A stretch of 23,819 nucleotides of DNA from Candidatus Hydrothermarchaeales archaeon. GTDB taxonomy: Archaea; Hydrothermarchaeota; Hydrothermarchaeia; Hydrothermarchaeales; JAZGAD01. The notes under the pieces are model-generated. The model had not been told where the DNA came from. It made no database searches and saw only the letters and a program-made list of their open reading frames with translations. The stretch covers positions 1-23,819 of the forward strand of contig JAZGAD010000013.1 in NCBI GenBank assembly GCA_036444275.1, written 5' to 3'. Shown piece by piece: positions 8,707-17,393 of this stretch. The position numbers and the translations under genes are program-made. Within the stretch, counting starts at the first letter, position 1. Every line of letters begins with the position of its first letter.

Positions 8707-10560
8707 ATGAGAATTCTGCTCATTCATGCTGATCATATAGGGTATAAGGTGAAAAGCAAGACTCGGGTAGCTGAAGAGATTTCCGACGAACTTAAGGCGC
8801 AGGAGGCAGACGAAGCCCTTGTTGTATTCACGGCAGTCGAGGCAAGCGATGAGAGCGACTCTGGAAAGGCGGTGAATGAAGCATGCAGCGAGATAGAAAA
8901 GGTATTCAAGAATGTCAAAGCCGAGAGCATCTTCCTATATCCATATGCTCACTTGAGCTCGTCACTCGCAAAGCCCCAGGCAGCGGCGAAAATCTTAAAA
9001 GATATGGAGAAAAAACTAGGAGAAAAGTACCCGGTGAAGCGTGCGCCCTTTGGCTATTACAAGGCATTCGAATTGAGCTGCAAGGGACATCCGCTGGCCG
9101 AGCTGTCGAGGCAAATAACGGTTGGGGGGGAGAAGGAGAAAGTATCTGAGGCGGTTGAAGCTGAGAAGAAGCTGAAGTCCGAGTGGTTCATTCTGCATGA
9201 GGGGAAGCTCATCCCGGCTGCAAAATTTGACTTTACGAATTATCCGAGCTTGAAGACCTTCTATAACTACGAGACTACAGGCACTAGGGCTATGCAGAGG
9301 GAGCCGCCCCACATAAAGCTCATGAAGGAGCATGAGTTCGTGGACTATGAGCCGGGCTCGGATCAGGGCAATTTGAGGTGGTATCCAAAAGGAGAGCTAA
9401 TCAAGAAACTCCTTGAAGAACACGTTTCCAATATCCTGATTGATAACGGAGCAATGGAAGTGGAGACGCCTATAATGTACGATTTCCATCATCCGCAGCT
9501 GCGGAAGTATCTGGACCGCTTCCCGGCTCGGCAGTATGTAGTGAAATCTGATGATAAAGAGTACTTTCTGCGTTTCGCAGCCTGCTTTGGGCAGTACCTC
9601 ATGAAGCACGACATGAACATGTCCTATAGGCATTTGCCCATTAAACTCTACGAGCTCACTCACTACTCTTTCAGGCGGGAGCAGAGCGGGGAACTAGCCG
9701 GGCTTAAGAGGCTGCGGAGCTTCACTATGCCTGATATGCATACGCTCTGCAGGGACGTTGATCAAGCCAAGAAGGAATTCATAGAGCAGTACAAACTGAG
9801 CATGCAGTGGATGCGCGATATAGGCTTGCAGTATGACGTAGCCATGCGCTTTGTGAAGGACTTCTACACCGAGAACGAGGCCTTCATTAGGGAGCTTGCA
9901 GATATCGTTGGGAAACCTATCCTCGTCGAGATGTGGGAGCAGCGCTTTTTCTACTTCATTATGAAATTCGAATTCAGCATCAACGACGCCCTGGAGAAGG
10001 CTGCCACGTTATCTACTGTGCAGATAGACGTTGAGAACGCTGAGAGATTCGGCATAACTTATACCGCTACGGACGGCTCTAAGAAGCATCCCCTGTTGCT
10101 GCACGCCAGTATCTCTGGAGGCATAGACAGGAACCTCTACGCCATCCTGGAGCATGAATGGATGAAGGCACAGCGGGGCGAGAAACCATCTCTTCCTTTG
10201 TGGCTATCTCCGACGCAGGTACGGATTGTCCCTGTGTCAGACGAGCAGCTTGCGGCATGCAAGTCCCTGTTAAAAGATTTAGAAGATGCCAAGATAAGGG
10301 TCGACCTAGATGACGAAAACCTGACCCTCGAGAAGAAGATAAGGCGGGCCGAGAAGGAGTGGATACCGTACATTGTGGTCCTAGGCAGGAAAGAGTTGGA
10401 GAGCGGTGGACTCTCGGTAAGGATTCGGGAAGAGAAGGGAAAGGTAGAAAAGATGAATAAGGAGGAGCTCGTCCGCAGAATCAAAGATGCAACTGCGGGA
10501 AAGCCCTTCAGGAAGCTTCCACTGCCAAGCATGCTGTCTAAGCGGCCTACGTTCAGATAA
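8707..10560 (+). CDS. thrS: Threonine--tRNA ligase, archaeal type with N-terminal editing domain
   Basis: MRILLIHAD, YPYAHLSS, CKGHPLAELSR, LRFAACFG, FRREQSGEL, FTMPDMH and LPLWLSPTQVR. Confidence 0.97.
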   Translation: MRILLIHADHIGYKVKSKTRVAEEISDELKAQEADEALVVFTAVEASDESDSGKAVNEACSEIEKVFKNVKAESIFLYPYAHLSSSLAKPQAAAKILKDMEKKLGEKYPVKRAPFGYYKAFELSCKGHPLAELSRQITVGGEKEKVSEAVEAEKKLKSEWFILHEGKLIPAAKFDFTNYPSLKTFYNYETTGTRAMQREPPHIKLMKEHEFVDYEPGSDQGNLRWYPKGELIKKLLEEHVSNILIDNGAMEVETPIMYDFHHPQLRKYLDRFPARQYVVKSDDKEYFLRFAACFGQYLMKHDMNMSYRHLPIKLYELTHYSFRREQSGELAGLKRLRSFTMPDMHTLCRDVDQAKKEFIEQYKLSMQWMRDIGLQYDVAMRFVKDFYTENEAFIRELADIVGKPILVEMWEQRFFYFIMKFEFSINDALEKAATLSTVQIDVENAERFGITYTATDGSKKHPLLLHASISGGIDRNLYAILEHEWMKAQRGEKPSLPLWLSPTQVRIVPVSDEQLAACKSLLKDLEDAKIRVDLDDENLTLEKKIRRAEKEWIPYIVVLGRKELESGGLSVRIREEKGKVEKMNKEELVRRIKDATAGKPFRKLPLPSMLSKRPTFR

Positions 10561-10690
10561 CGTTTTGTATACCTTCGAGATGCTCCACCCTACCCTGTCG
10601 ATAATCTTCCCTCGCCTTTTTAATAGACTTTAAAATTATGGAAAAAGAACACACACATCGTATTGATAAATTTCACTCTACTTAGGATAT

Positions 10691-11116
10691 TTACAATAAT
10701 TTCGGCAATACTGCATTTACTATCCCAAAAACGCATAAAATTACTACCCATTGGCTAGGCACTAGAGTGAATAACCATAGCGTTTTTACATTTGTCGCAC
10801 CGTCAGCACCTTTGGGTTTTTCTAGAGGAATAAAAAATATCGCAAAAGCAGCAAAGACCAATGCAGCGAGAAGCATGATTAGAGAAGATTTTGGTAAAAT
10901 GTCTATACCTTTGTCTATGGTAAAGCCAAGGAAGACTATGATTGCTGCTAAAAAATAGGAATTGTAAGTATTCATCGCGCGAATATCATTAATACACTCA
11001 TCAAAAGATCTACTATCAGTTTTAATTTTTTTAATCCAATATCGATAGGTCCAACTAGCAGAAAATATACAAGTGCCGATTGCAATGGTGCTTAAAATCA
11101 TATCTATCGAACTCAT
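10691..11116 (-). CDS. Hypothetical four-TM membrane protein (AT-rich, cassette-like)
   Basis: 141-aa ORF with four hydrophobic segments; GAGGA Shine-Dalgarno-like sequence upstream. Confidence 0.65.
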   Translation of the reverse strand: MSSIDMILSTIAIGTCIFSASWTYRYWIKKIKTDSRSFDECINDIRAMNTYNSYFLAAIIVFLGFTIDKGIDILPKSSLIMLLAALVFAAFAIFFIPLEKPKGADGATNVKTLWLFTLVPSQWVVILCVFGIVNAVLPKLL

Positions 11117-11152
11117 ATTTTCATCCTCTACAGACTCGTAATATTTATGGTC

Positions 11153-11464
11153 TTATTCCTTAAACATCTGCAGGTCAAGTAATCTGGCACTATGAATAAC
11201 CCGCATTATGATTACCTTTGAGCTTTGAATGCGAAAAATGGTTCTGTAATTGGCATAGATAAGATGACGATATTCTTGCCCTAATTCCGTTGCTTCGGGT
11301 ATAATTGGACAGCGCATAGGAAAATTCTCTAACGAATCAATCTGGTGCTCGATCTCTTCAACCCATTTGCTAGCAGCATTTGGGTTATCTTGGGAAATAT
11401 ATTCAACGATCGATGTTATATCGGACTCAGCTACTGCGGTAATTTCAACATGAAACTTACGCAC
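11153..11464 (-). CDS. RelE/ParE family toxin
   Basis: VEITAVAESDI..I.EYISQDNPNAA, LENFPMRC, YRTIFRI and IMRVIHSAR. Overlaps the antitoxin stop. Confidence 0.88.
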   Translation of the reverse strand: MRKFHVEITAVAESDITSIVEYISQDNPNAASKWVEEIEHQIDSLENFPMRCPIIPEATELGQEYRHLIYANYRTIFRIQSSKVIIMRVIHSARLLDLQMFKE

Positions 11465-11729
11465 TGCCTTTAAGCTCCTTTAGAAAGTCTCGCGCCGGAC
11501 GAGTCCGCCCTTCTTTTACATCTGCTTCAGCTTCAGCTAATAAAACACCAAGATTTAATGCCTTCAATTTTTTCTCAAAAACTGCCGCATCAAGCAGTAC
11601 GACGTCTGGCTTTCCGTTAACGGTGACAACAATAGGACGGCCAGTACTGTGTAACTGCTCAAAAATTTCACGTGTCTTTTTCTTTAACTCGGAAACTGAT
11701 TTGATATCTTCAGTAATGCTTACAGGCAT
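11457..11729 (-). CDS. Phd/YefM family antitoxin
   Basis: IKSVSELKK...GRPIVVTVNGKPDVVLLD is the Phd fold signature; C-terminal AEADVKEGR. Confidence 0.9.
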   Translation of the reverse strand: MPVSITEDIKSVSELKKKTREIFEQLHSTGRPIVVTVNGKPDVVLLDAAVFEKKLKALNLGVLLAEAEADVKEGRTRPARDFLKELKGSA

Positions 11730-11760
11730 TTTATTTCACATCCTTTTTAATACCCTATTT

Positions 11761-11783
11761 AATACTGATTATAATGCAGTATT
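11761..11783 (-). promoter_or_regulatory. Palindromic operator enclosing TATAAT, upstream of the Phd/ParE pair
   Basis: AATACTG-attataatg-CAGTATT; further TAATAC half-sites lie nearer the start codon. Confidence 0.6.
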
Positions 11784-11941
11784 CCTTCACAAAGACAAAC
11801 AATTTAAAAAATGGGTCCGATTTCATGAATTTTATACTTTTTGTAAGGAGAGGATTTCAGCTTTCCTTCTCCAATCTTTATTATCAAATTTAGATACAGA
11901 TAAATGTTTTGAAATTCTTAAGGCGTCCCGAAGTCGATTGC

Positions 11942-12035
11942 GTATAACGTTTTCGAGCGTATCTGAAGTCCCGAGCGAAGCGAGGGATTTGGGCGGAGGT
12001 GCGAAGCACCGTAACCAGATACCCACCTGTTATCT
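11942..12035 (-). mobile_element. attC-like integron recombination site (94 bp)
   Basis: Minus strand reads AGATAAC (R'')-aggtg-GGTATCTG...CAGATACG...GTTATAC (R'), with two internal GCGAAGC mini-hairpins. A GC-rich island in AT-rich DNA, 31 bp after the stop of the 12067..12474 ORF. Confidence 0.75.
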
Positions 12036-12066
12036 GCTGTATGACGCATCCTACATTAATATCTCT

Positions 12067-12474
12067 TCAATCATCAGATACATAAATGTAATCTGTTGCC
12101 TTCAAATCTGTTCGAGCAAATCCTATGTCACGTCTAATTTCAACTAGCAATTCACCTACAAGCTTTTGATCTTCCAGTGAGAGTTTTCTTGAAGTTTTCA
12201 GTTTTTCAACTAATTTATTTGCCGACCTTATAACATTATCAGGTGCATAAAGCCAAATGAATGAATACTCAAAGAAGAATAGATCTATATGCTCACTTCC
12301 TCCCTCTCGCAAACTCTTCAAACAGAGGATAAGATTGCGATAATGTTCTCGTTTGTCTTTGAATATTCTCGTCTCAGACTCACTCTTCTTATCTAAATAG
12401 TATTTGACAAGGTAACCACCAATTCCTCCAAAGAAAAGAGTGAACAACGGAATTACAATCTGCTTCCAATCCAT
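12067..12474 (-). CDS. Hypothetical protein with an N-terminal TM helix, integron-cassette ORF
   Basis: 135 aa with WLYAPDNVI and LLVEIRRDIG; GGGGTG Shine-Dalgarno-like sequence. Fills the space between the attI-like and attC-like sites. Confidence 0.75.
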   Translation of the reverse strand: MDWKQIVIPLFTLFFGGIGGYLVKYYLDKKSESETRIFKDKREHYRNLILCLKSLREGGSEHIDLFFFEYSFIWLYAPDNVIRSANKLVEKLKTSRKLSLEDQKLVGELLVEIRRDIGFARTDLKATDYIYVSDD

Positions 12475-12512
12475 GGTATTTACACCCCTATGTACGATAC
12501 GTCAATTTTTGT

Positions 12513-12590
12513 GTCATATGGCAGATAACTCGTTCATATACGAAATTCGTGTTATCTCTCATTTTGGCAGTATATACGAACTTTTCGATT
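12513..12590 (-). mobile_element. attI-like site / 5' boundary of the cassette
   Basis: Minus strand: TTCGTATAT...GATAAC-acgaat-TTCGTATAT-gaacga-GTTATCTGCCATATGAC, that is an inverted core pair plus a 9-bp direct repeat. Confidence 0.5.
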
Positions 12591-12775
12591 ATTTTCTTTT
12601 ATCGCACCTTCATCATCAAATCAAGCGAGCTCTTAATTCCTCCTTAAATCTTTCATAGCGATATTAGTATAAATTTCTGCCTTTTGGTAACGGACGACGA
12701 AGCATAGCATGATGTAAAACGAAATTGGTTAACTTTTGATTAAATTTAAATACTATTGATGATAATGTTGGCTGC

Positions 12776-13240
12776 ATGAAGCTTACTCACCTCACTGAAA
12801 AAGGGGTAAGGATGGTAGAGATATCTGGGAAAGGGGATATCAAAAGGAAAGCAAAGGCCAGCGGCAAGATCAGACTACGAAAAGAGACCATCGCCAGAAT
12901 AAACGCTGGGGAAGTAGAGAAGGGAAATGTCCTCACCACGGCACAGATAGCAGCTACGCTGGCGGTTAAGAAGACCCCAGAACTGATACCCCTCTGCCAT
13001 CCTCTCCAGATAACCGGGGTAGACGTGCAATTCAACGTTGGAGAAGATGAGATAGAGACGACAGTCGAGGTTACATGCATCGCTAAAACCGGCGTTGAGA
13101 TGGAAGCCATAACCGGCGTTGCAACTGCCCTCTTAACTATCTGGGACATGGTTAAGTCTGTAGAGAAAGACGAGGCTGGACAGTATCCAATAACTGAGAT
13201 ATCTGAGATAAGGGTCCTGGAGAAGGTCAAGGGTGAATGA
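12776..13240 (+). CDS. moaC: Cyclic pyranopterin monophosphate synthase MoaC
   Basis: LTHL...[26 protein letters not shown] and TIWDMVKS. Confidence 0.96.
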   Translation: MKLTHLTEKGVRMVEISGKGDIKRKAKASGKIRLRKETIARINAGEVEKGNVLTTAQIAATLAVKKTPELIPLCHPLQITGVDVQFNVGEDEIETTVEVTCIAKTGVEMEAITGVATALLTIWDMVKSVEKDEAGQYPITEISEIRVLEKVKGE

Positions 13241-13243
13241 AAA

Positions 13244-13780
13244 ATGAAGACATCTGAGAAACATAAAGAACTGGCACCGAAGAGTGTTAGGGCAGCTGTC
13301 GTCACCGTATCTGACTCGAAATTCGACTATCTGTGGAGCAGTGCAAAAGAGCTGGAGGAAACCAAGGATGTATCAGGGAAACATATTATGGATGCCTTGG
13401 AGAAAGCCGGCCACGAGATAGCCTTCTACACGATAGTACCTGACCACGAGGGGGTAATAGTAGAGATGATAGACCACATAGTGGCTACATACGCTCCAGA
13501 CATCATTATTACAACTGGCGGGACAGGCATAGCGAGGCGCGACGTAACAGTTGAAGCAGTGCAGAGTATCTTCGAGAAGGAGGTAGACGGCTTTGGGGAA
13601 CTATTCAGAAGGGAGAGCTTTGAAAAAATGGGAGGAGCTGCCTTGCTCACCAGGGCACTGGCAGGAGTATACCAGGATACGGTCATATTCTCTCTACCCG
13701 GCTCCCCTGATGCAGTTAAAACAGGCATGAAGATCATTCTGAAGGAAGCTGGACACCTTGTCAAACACCTACGAGAGTGA
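13244..13780 (+). CDS. moaB: Molybdopterin adenylyltransferase, MoaB/MogA family
   Basis: VTVSDS, D.SG, TTGGTGIARRDVTVEA, GFGELFR and LPGSP. Confidence 0.92.
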   Translation: MKTSEKHKELAPKSVRAAVVTVSDSKFDYLWSSAKELEETKDVSGKHIMDALEKAGHEIAFYTIVPDHEGVIVEMIDHIVATYAPDIIITTGGTGIARRDVTVEAVQSIFEKEVDGFGELFRRESFEKMGGAALLTRALAGVYQDTVIFSLPGSPDAVKTGMKIILKEAGHLVKHLRE

Positions 13781-13784
13781 TGTT

Positions 13785-14714
13785 ATGGTAACGAAAATTT
13801 ATGACAGGTTTAATAGGCCTTTGGTGAGCGCACGCATCTCGGTAACGCATAGGTGCAATCTGAACTGCCTATACTGCCATCGAGAGGGCGTCTCCGATAA
13901 CTCGCGGGAGGAGATGACCCCAGAGGAGATTGTAAGGGTAACCAGCATCTTAGCTAAGTATGGCATGAGCAAGGTGAAGATTACTGGCGGCGAGCCCCTT
14001 CTCCGCAGCGATATATGTGAAATCGTAGATGGCATTTCAGGTGTAGATGGTATAGAAGAGGTCTCGATGACTACGAATGGCGTCTATCTTGCCGGGTATG
14101 CTTCCAAGCTGAAAGACTCTGGCTTGAAGAGGGTCAACGTCAGCTTAGACACCCTGAATGCTAGGACCTTCAGGAAGATTACAAGAGGTGGAGGTCTCGC
14201 GGGCGTGCTAAGAGGCGTGGATGCAGCGGTAGACGCTGGTCTGAGGCCTGTGAAGCTGAATATGGTGGTTATGAATGGTATAAACGAGGATGAGATCGAG
14301 AGGATGCTAGAGTTTTCCTCCAAGGATGATGTGATCCTCCAGCTGATAGAGCTTATGACCACGGAGGGAGGCTTCTTCAGGGAGCACTTCTATGACCTAG
14401 ACGAAGTGGAGAGCAGCTTTGAGAGAAAGGCAAAAGATGTTATCACGAGGAGGTTTATGCAAGGACGCAAGAAGTACTTGTTGAACGGCGTTCAGGTTGA
14501 GGTTGTGAAGCCAATGCATAATACTGAGTTCTGCTCCCACTGTAGCAGGATGCGGATTACGGCTGACGGTAAATTCAAACCCTGCTTGATGAGGCGCGAC
14601 AACCTCGTGGACTTCTTATCCGAGATGAGGAATGGATCCTCAGATGCCAAATTAGAGGAGCTCTTTAAAGCCGCTGTTGATAGGAGAGAGCCCTTCTTCG
14701 TAGAGAAAAATTAA
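13785..14714 (+). CDS. moaA: GTP 3',8-cyclase MoaA (radical SAM)
   Basis: CNLNCLYCHREG, TGGEPLLR, NVSLDTL and FCSHCSRMRITADGKFKPCL. ATG at 13785 preferred over TTG at 13758. Confidence 0.96.
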   Translation: MVTKIYDRFNRPLVSARISVTHRCNLNCLYCHREGVSDNSREEMTPEEIVRVTSILAKYGMSKVKITGGEPLLRSDICEIVDGISGVDGIEEVSMTTNGVYLAGYASKLKDSGLKRVNVSLDTLNARTFRKITRGGGLAGVLRGVDAAVDAGLRPVKLNMVVMNGINEDEIERMLEFSSKDDVILQLIELMTTEGGFFREHFYDLDEVESSFERKAKDVITRRFMQGRKKYLLNGVQVEVVKPMHNTEFCSHCSRMRITADGKFKPCLMRRDNLVDFLSEMRNGSSDAKLEELFKAAVDRREPFFVEKN

Positions 14715-14730
14715 TGGGGGTTGTAGTGAG

Positions 14731-15060
14731 ATGAAACTTGAGAAACTCCTCAGCATCCCAGCTGTTGTAATTGGCATTGGCCTGCTCTATGTGGGCTATT
14801 TCGAGATAGATGTAGTCTATCTCTTTTTTTACTTTTTCTTAGGGCTAACAATACTCCTTCTAGGCCTATTGATCCTCTTCGGATACGGTACAGCGCCTGC
14901 TAAGTCGTTGAAGACTGATGATGCAAAAGGAAAAGAAAATGAAAAAGAAAAAAATGTAGAGGGCGAAATTGCGAAAGTACAAGAGCACTGTCCTAATTGT
15001 GGAGCCGCTATCCTCTCTGCCGGAAAGTTCTGCGGGACCTGTGGGGAACCATTGAATTGA
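14731..15060 (+). CDS. Membrane protein with a C-terminal zinc ribbon
   Basis: Two TM segments, a charged linker, then CPNCG...FCGTCG. Confidence 0.8.
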   Translation: MKLEKLLSIPAVVIGIGLLYVGYFEIDVVYLFFYFFLGLTILLLGLLILFGYGTAPAKSLKTDDAKGKENEKEKNVEGEIAKVQEHCPNCGAAILSAGKFCGTCGEPLN

Positions 15061-15075
15061 ATAGATAACTAAACT

Positions 15076-15330
15076 TCAGTTACCCTTTTCTTCTTTCGGG
15101 GCTTCATCTTTTGAACTTTCGAATAACTCGAGCCTTTGCTTCAGAAGCGTAATCTTTTTATCGCTTATCTCGTGGTAGGATGCAAGCTTATTATGCAGCT
15201 GTTTCATCCTGATAGCGAGGAGGAAGCTGAAGGTGAGGGATAAAATTAGGAGCGAGTATATTCCGCTTATAGAAAAACTTAACAGATCTTCTACCATCGT
15301 TACCAATGGCCAGAATCTAGATATCAGCAT
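15076..15330 (-). CDS. Small hypothetical protein (one TM plus a coiled segment)
   Basis: ORF with a hydrophobic stretch and a charged tail. The start may be the internal Met (MVEDLL). Confidence 0.45.
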   Translation of the reverse strand: MLISRFWPLVTMVEDLLSFSISGIYSLLILSLTFSFLLAIRMKQLHNKLASYHEISDKKITLLKQRLELFESSKDEAPKEEKGN

Positions 15331-15503
15331 AAATAGTTTATGGGGAGACGAAATACTTCTAGATCTAGAAGAGGAATAACTCCATTACGTACTTTTTAAA
15401 GGCGTATTTCTTGTATGAACAGAAGAAAGGTATATTAATAGTTGCGAGGATACCCCGAGTTAGTGGCAGATTGCCGACTTGGTTGACCGTTTAATATTCA
15501 AAT

Positions 15504-15578
15504 GGCCACGGTAGTGTAGCTTGGTTAGCACAAGGGGCTGTGGATCCCTTAGCCCGAGTTCAAATCTCGGCCGTGGCC
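15504..15578 (+). tRNA. tRNA-His (GTG), intronless, G-1 genomically encoded, CCA not encoded
   Basis: Acceptor stem GCCACGG/CCGTGGC with C73; anticodon arm AGGGG-CTGTGGA-TCCCT; T arm CCGAG-TTCAAAT-CTCGG; G at 15504 is the -1 position. Confidence 0.96.
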
Positions 15579-15621
15579 CTCACGAAAGAACTGTAAGGAA
15601 CAAGCAGTGATCAAAATAACA

Positions 15622-15647
15622 TGCCCCTTCTGATCCAGTTGGGGGCA
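15622..15647. terminator. GC hairpin between the tRNA and the convergent fmdE-like gene
   Basis: TGCCCC...GGGGCA inverted repeat. Confidence 0.3.
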
Positions 15648-15681
15648 GCAAAGTATTGTGCATATGATCTATTGAATTACT

Positions 15682-16275
15682 CTACTCATCTGCTCGGCAC
15701 GCCTTACAGATTTTCCTAGCTCCCTCCAGCTTCAAATATCCCGTCAATACTACCTCGCCGCATTCAGTGCATATCACATACTCCAGCGACGGCACTCCCT
15801 CAGTGTAAATCGCCTCACCTTTAGTAACAGTGAAGAGATCTTCATCCTGCATTTTTTCCAAGTCATTAACTATCCGCTGCCCCCATTGAAGCAGATCCCT
15901 TGCCTCCTTTTCTCTTTCCGTAGGTGGAAGGGACTTCACCTCCTTCCCGCGAATGCCGTAGCTGAGGGTGTCCTCCAGTATTTGGTTTTTGACCCTGATT
16001 CTTATTGTTTTATTAGATGCGAGGTCATGAAATGAGCAGGCGAATTTTCCATGCTCCTTGTAAGATAGGTTGTTCTTGCCATAGGTGGTGCCGCAGGCAT
16101 ACTGTATGCCGTCTGCGAGGCAGTTCCTGAACTCTACTGCAGCGAGGAGCTTAACCCCTTTCTCCCTATCCCTATCCAGCTCCTTCAAGGCTTTCTCTCC
16201 CATCCTCAAGCCCAAGTAAAACATCGGGCAAAGGTGCCCATGGAACTTCACAGCCTCTTCTAATTCCAGGCCCAT
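15682..16275 (-). CDS. FmdE-family protein with a C-terminal zinc finger
   Basis: FHGHLCP..YLGLRMG, CLADGIQ, TYGKNNL, GKFA, and C-terminal CTECGE...CKAC. ATG at 16275 preferred. Confidence 0.88.
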   Translation of the reverse strand: MGLELEEAVKFHGHLCPMFYLGLRMGEKALKELDRDREKGVKLLAAVEFRNCLADGIQYACGTTYGKNNLSYKEHGKFACSFHDLASNKTIRIRVKNQILEDTLSYGIRGKEVKSLPPTEREKEARDLLQWGQRIVNDLEKMQDEDLFTVTKGEAIYTEGVPSLEYVICTECGEVVLTGYLKLEGARKICKACRADE

Positions 16276-16312
16276 GCAACAAGCTTTTATCTCCACAAAT
16301 AAAGGTTTTTGT

Positions 16313-17020
16313 ATGAAGAGTGATGTCGAGGAGTACTACTCAAGGAGGGCTCATACTTATCACGACCTAGATAAGCCCAATACTATAGTAGCCTGCGTCA
16401 GAGCAATAGGCATAGAAGACCACTTAGAGATAATCGCGCCTAAGCCAAGCGAAAAGATACTAGACATGGGCTGTGGATCAGGTAGATTCCTAAAGCCTTT
16501 TTCCATCGCCAAGGTATACGGCATAGACTTTACGATTAAAATGCTGCAAAAGGCGAAGGATAGCGGTGTGCCCCTAGTTCGCGGGGATGTGGAGCACCTG
16601 CCGTTCAAGAGCAACGCATTTGATATAGTACACTCAGCTGGGCTGCTGGGCGTATACAGATCAAAAAAGATACTCGCTGAAGCTGCAAGGGTGGCGAAAA
16701 AAGGTGGAAAGATGTATGTGAGCTTCCCGGCTACTCCAAGCGCTAGTGGTGTCGCTGTGAAACTCTTCCAAAGGTTCTATAACCCAGCCTTGCTTGATTA
16801 CTGGTATACAAAAGGCGAGATAAAGGAGATGCTACCGGGAGGAGTAATAGTTTTAGATATTCATCGTCTGGGATGGGAACCCCCATTCCAGCGCATCTAC
16901 AGGTATGTGGGGTCTGAGAGGCTGGTCAAACTCTTCTTGTACCTCGAGAGGAATCTGAGAGATAAGCCTATGTTCAAGTACTTCAGGGCCCGCTTCCTCT
17001 TGGAGGTCGTGAAGGAGTAA
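16313..17020 (+). CDS. Class I SAM-dependent methyltransferase
   Basis: ILDMGCGSG, GIDFT..ML, GDVEHLPF...FDIV and RVAKKGG. ATG at 16313 preferred. Confidence 0.9.
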   Translation: MKSDVEEYYSRRAHTYHDLDKPNTIVACVRAIGIEDHLEIIAPKPSEKILDMGCGSGRFLKPFSIAKVYGIDFTIKMLQKAKDSGVPLVRGDVEHLPFKSNAFDIVHSAGLLGVYRSKKILAEAARVAKKGGKMYVSFPATPSASGVAVKLFQRFYNPALLDYWYTKGEIKEMLPGGVIVLDIHRLGWEPPFQRIYRYVGSERLVKLFLYLERNLRDKPMFKYFRARFLLEVVKE

Positions 17021-17081
17021 TTCGATGCCAGCAGACCCTACTTAGAATTATTTATACACGTTATAATACAACGTATACAAT

Positions 17082-17381
17082 ATGCCCACGGTATCCGTTA
17101 GACTGGATGAAGGCACTCTCAAGGATCTGCAATTCCTCATGAAGGACTATAAGGCTGATAGATCAGAAGTCCTGAGAAGGCTTCTAGACAGAGGTTTAAA
17201 ACAGGCAAAAATAGAGAAAGTCTTAGGGCTACTGCGTGAACACAAGATCTCCATCGGGAAGGCAGCAAAACTCGCGGGAATTACGATTTACGAGATGATC
17301 GAGCTCTGCAAGGAGCACGAGATCCACATAGGCTACACGAAGGAAGACCTGTATCGGGATTTGGAGAGATTCAGGATTTAA
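17082..17381 (+). CDS. UPF0175-family antitoxin with an N-terminal ribbon-helix-helix
   Basis: TVSVRLD...DRSEVLRRLL (RHH), then ISIGKAAKLAGITIYEMIEL (UPF0175). Confidence 0.85.
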   Translation: MPTVSVRLDEGTLKDLQFLMKDYKADRSEVLRRLLDRGLKQAKIEKVLGLLREHKISIGKAAKLAGITIYEMIELCKEHEIHIGYTKEDLYRDLERFRI

Positions 17382-17393
17382 GAGGGTGAGTCT

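Noticed and set aside
11623-12147. 174-aa plus-strand ORF and 64-aa minus-strand ORF (11832..12026) crossing the palindrome
   Set aside because: They overlap the antitoxin, its promoter and the attC-like site, and show no tyrosine-recombinase or other motif.
15605-15680. Possible C/D-box sRNA (GTGATCA...CTGA)
   Set aside because: Box C is mismatched and there is no convincing C'/terminal D arrangement.
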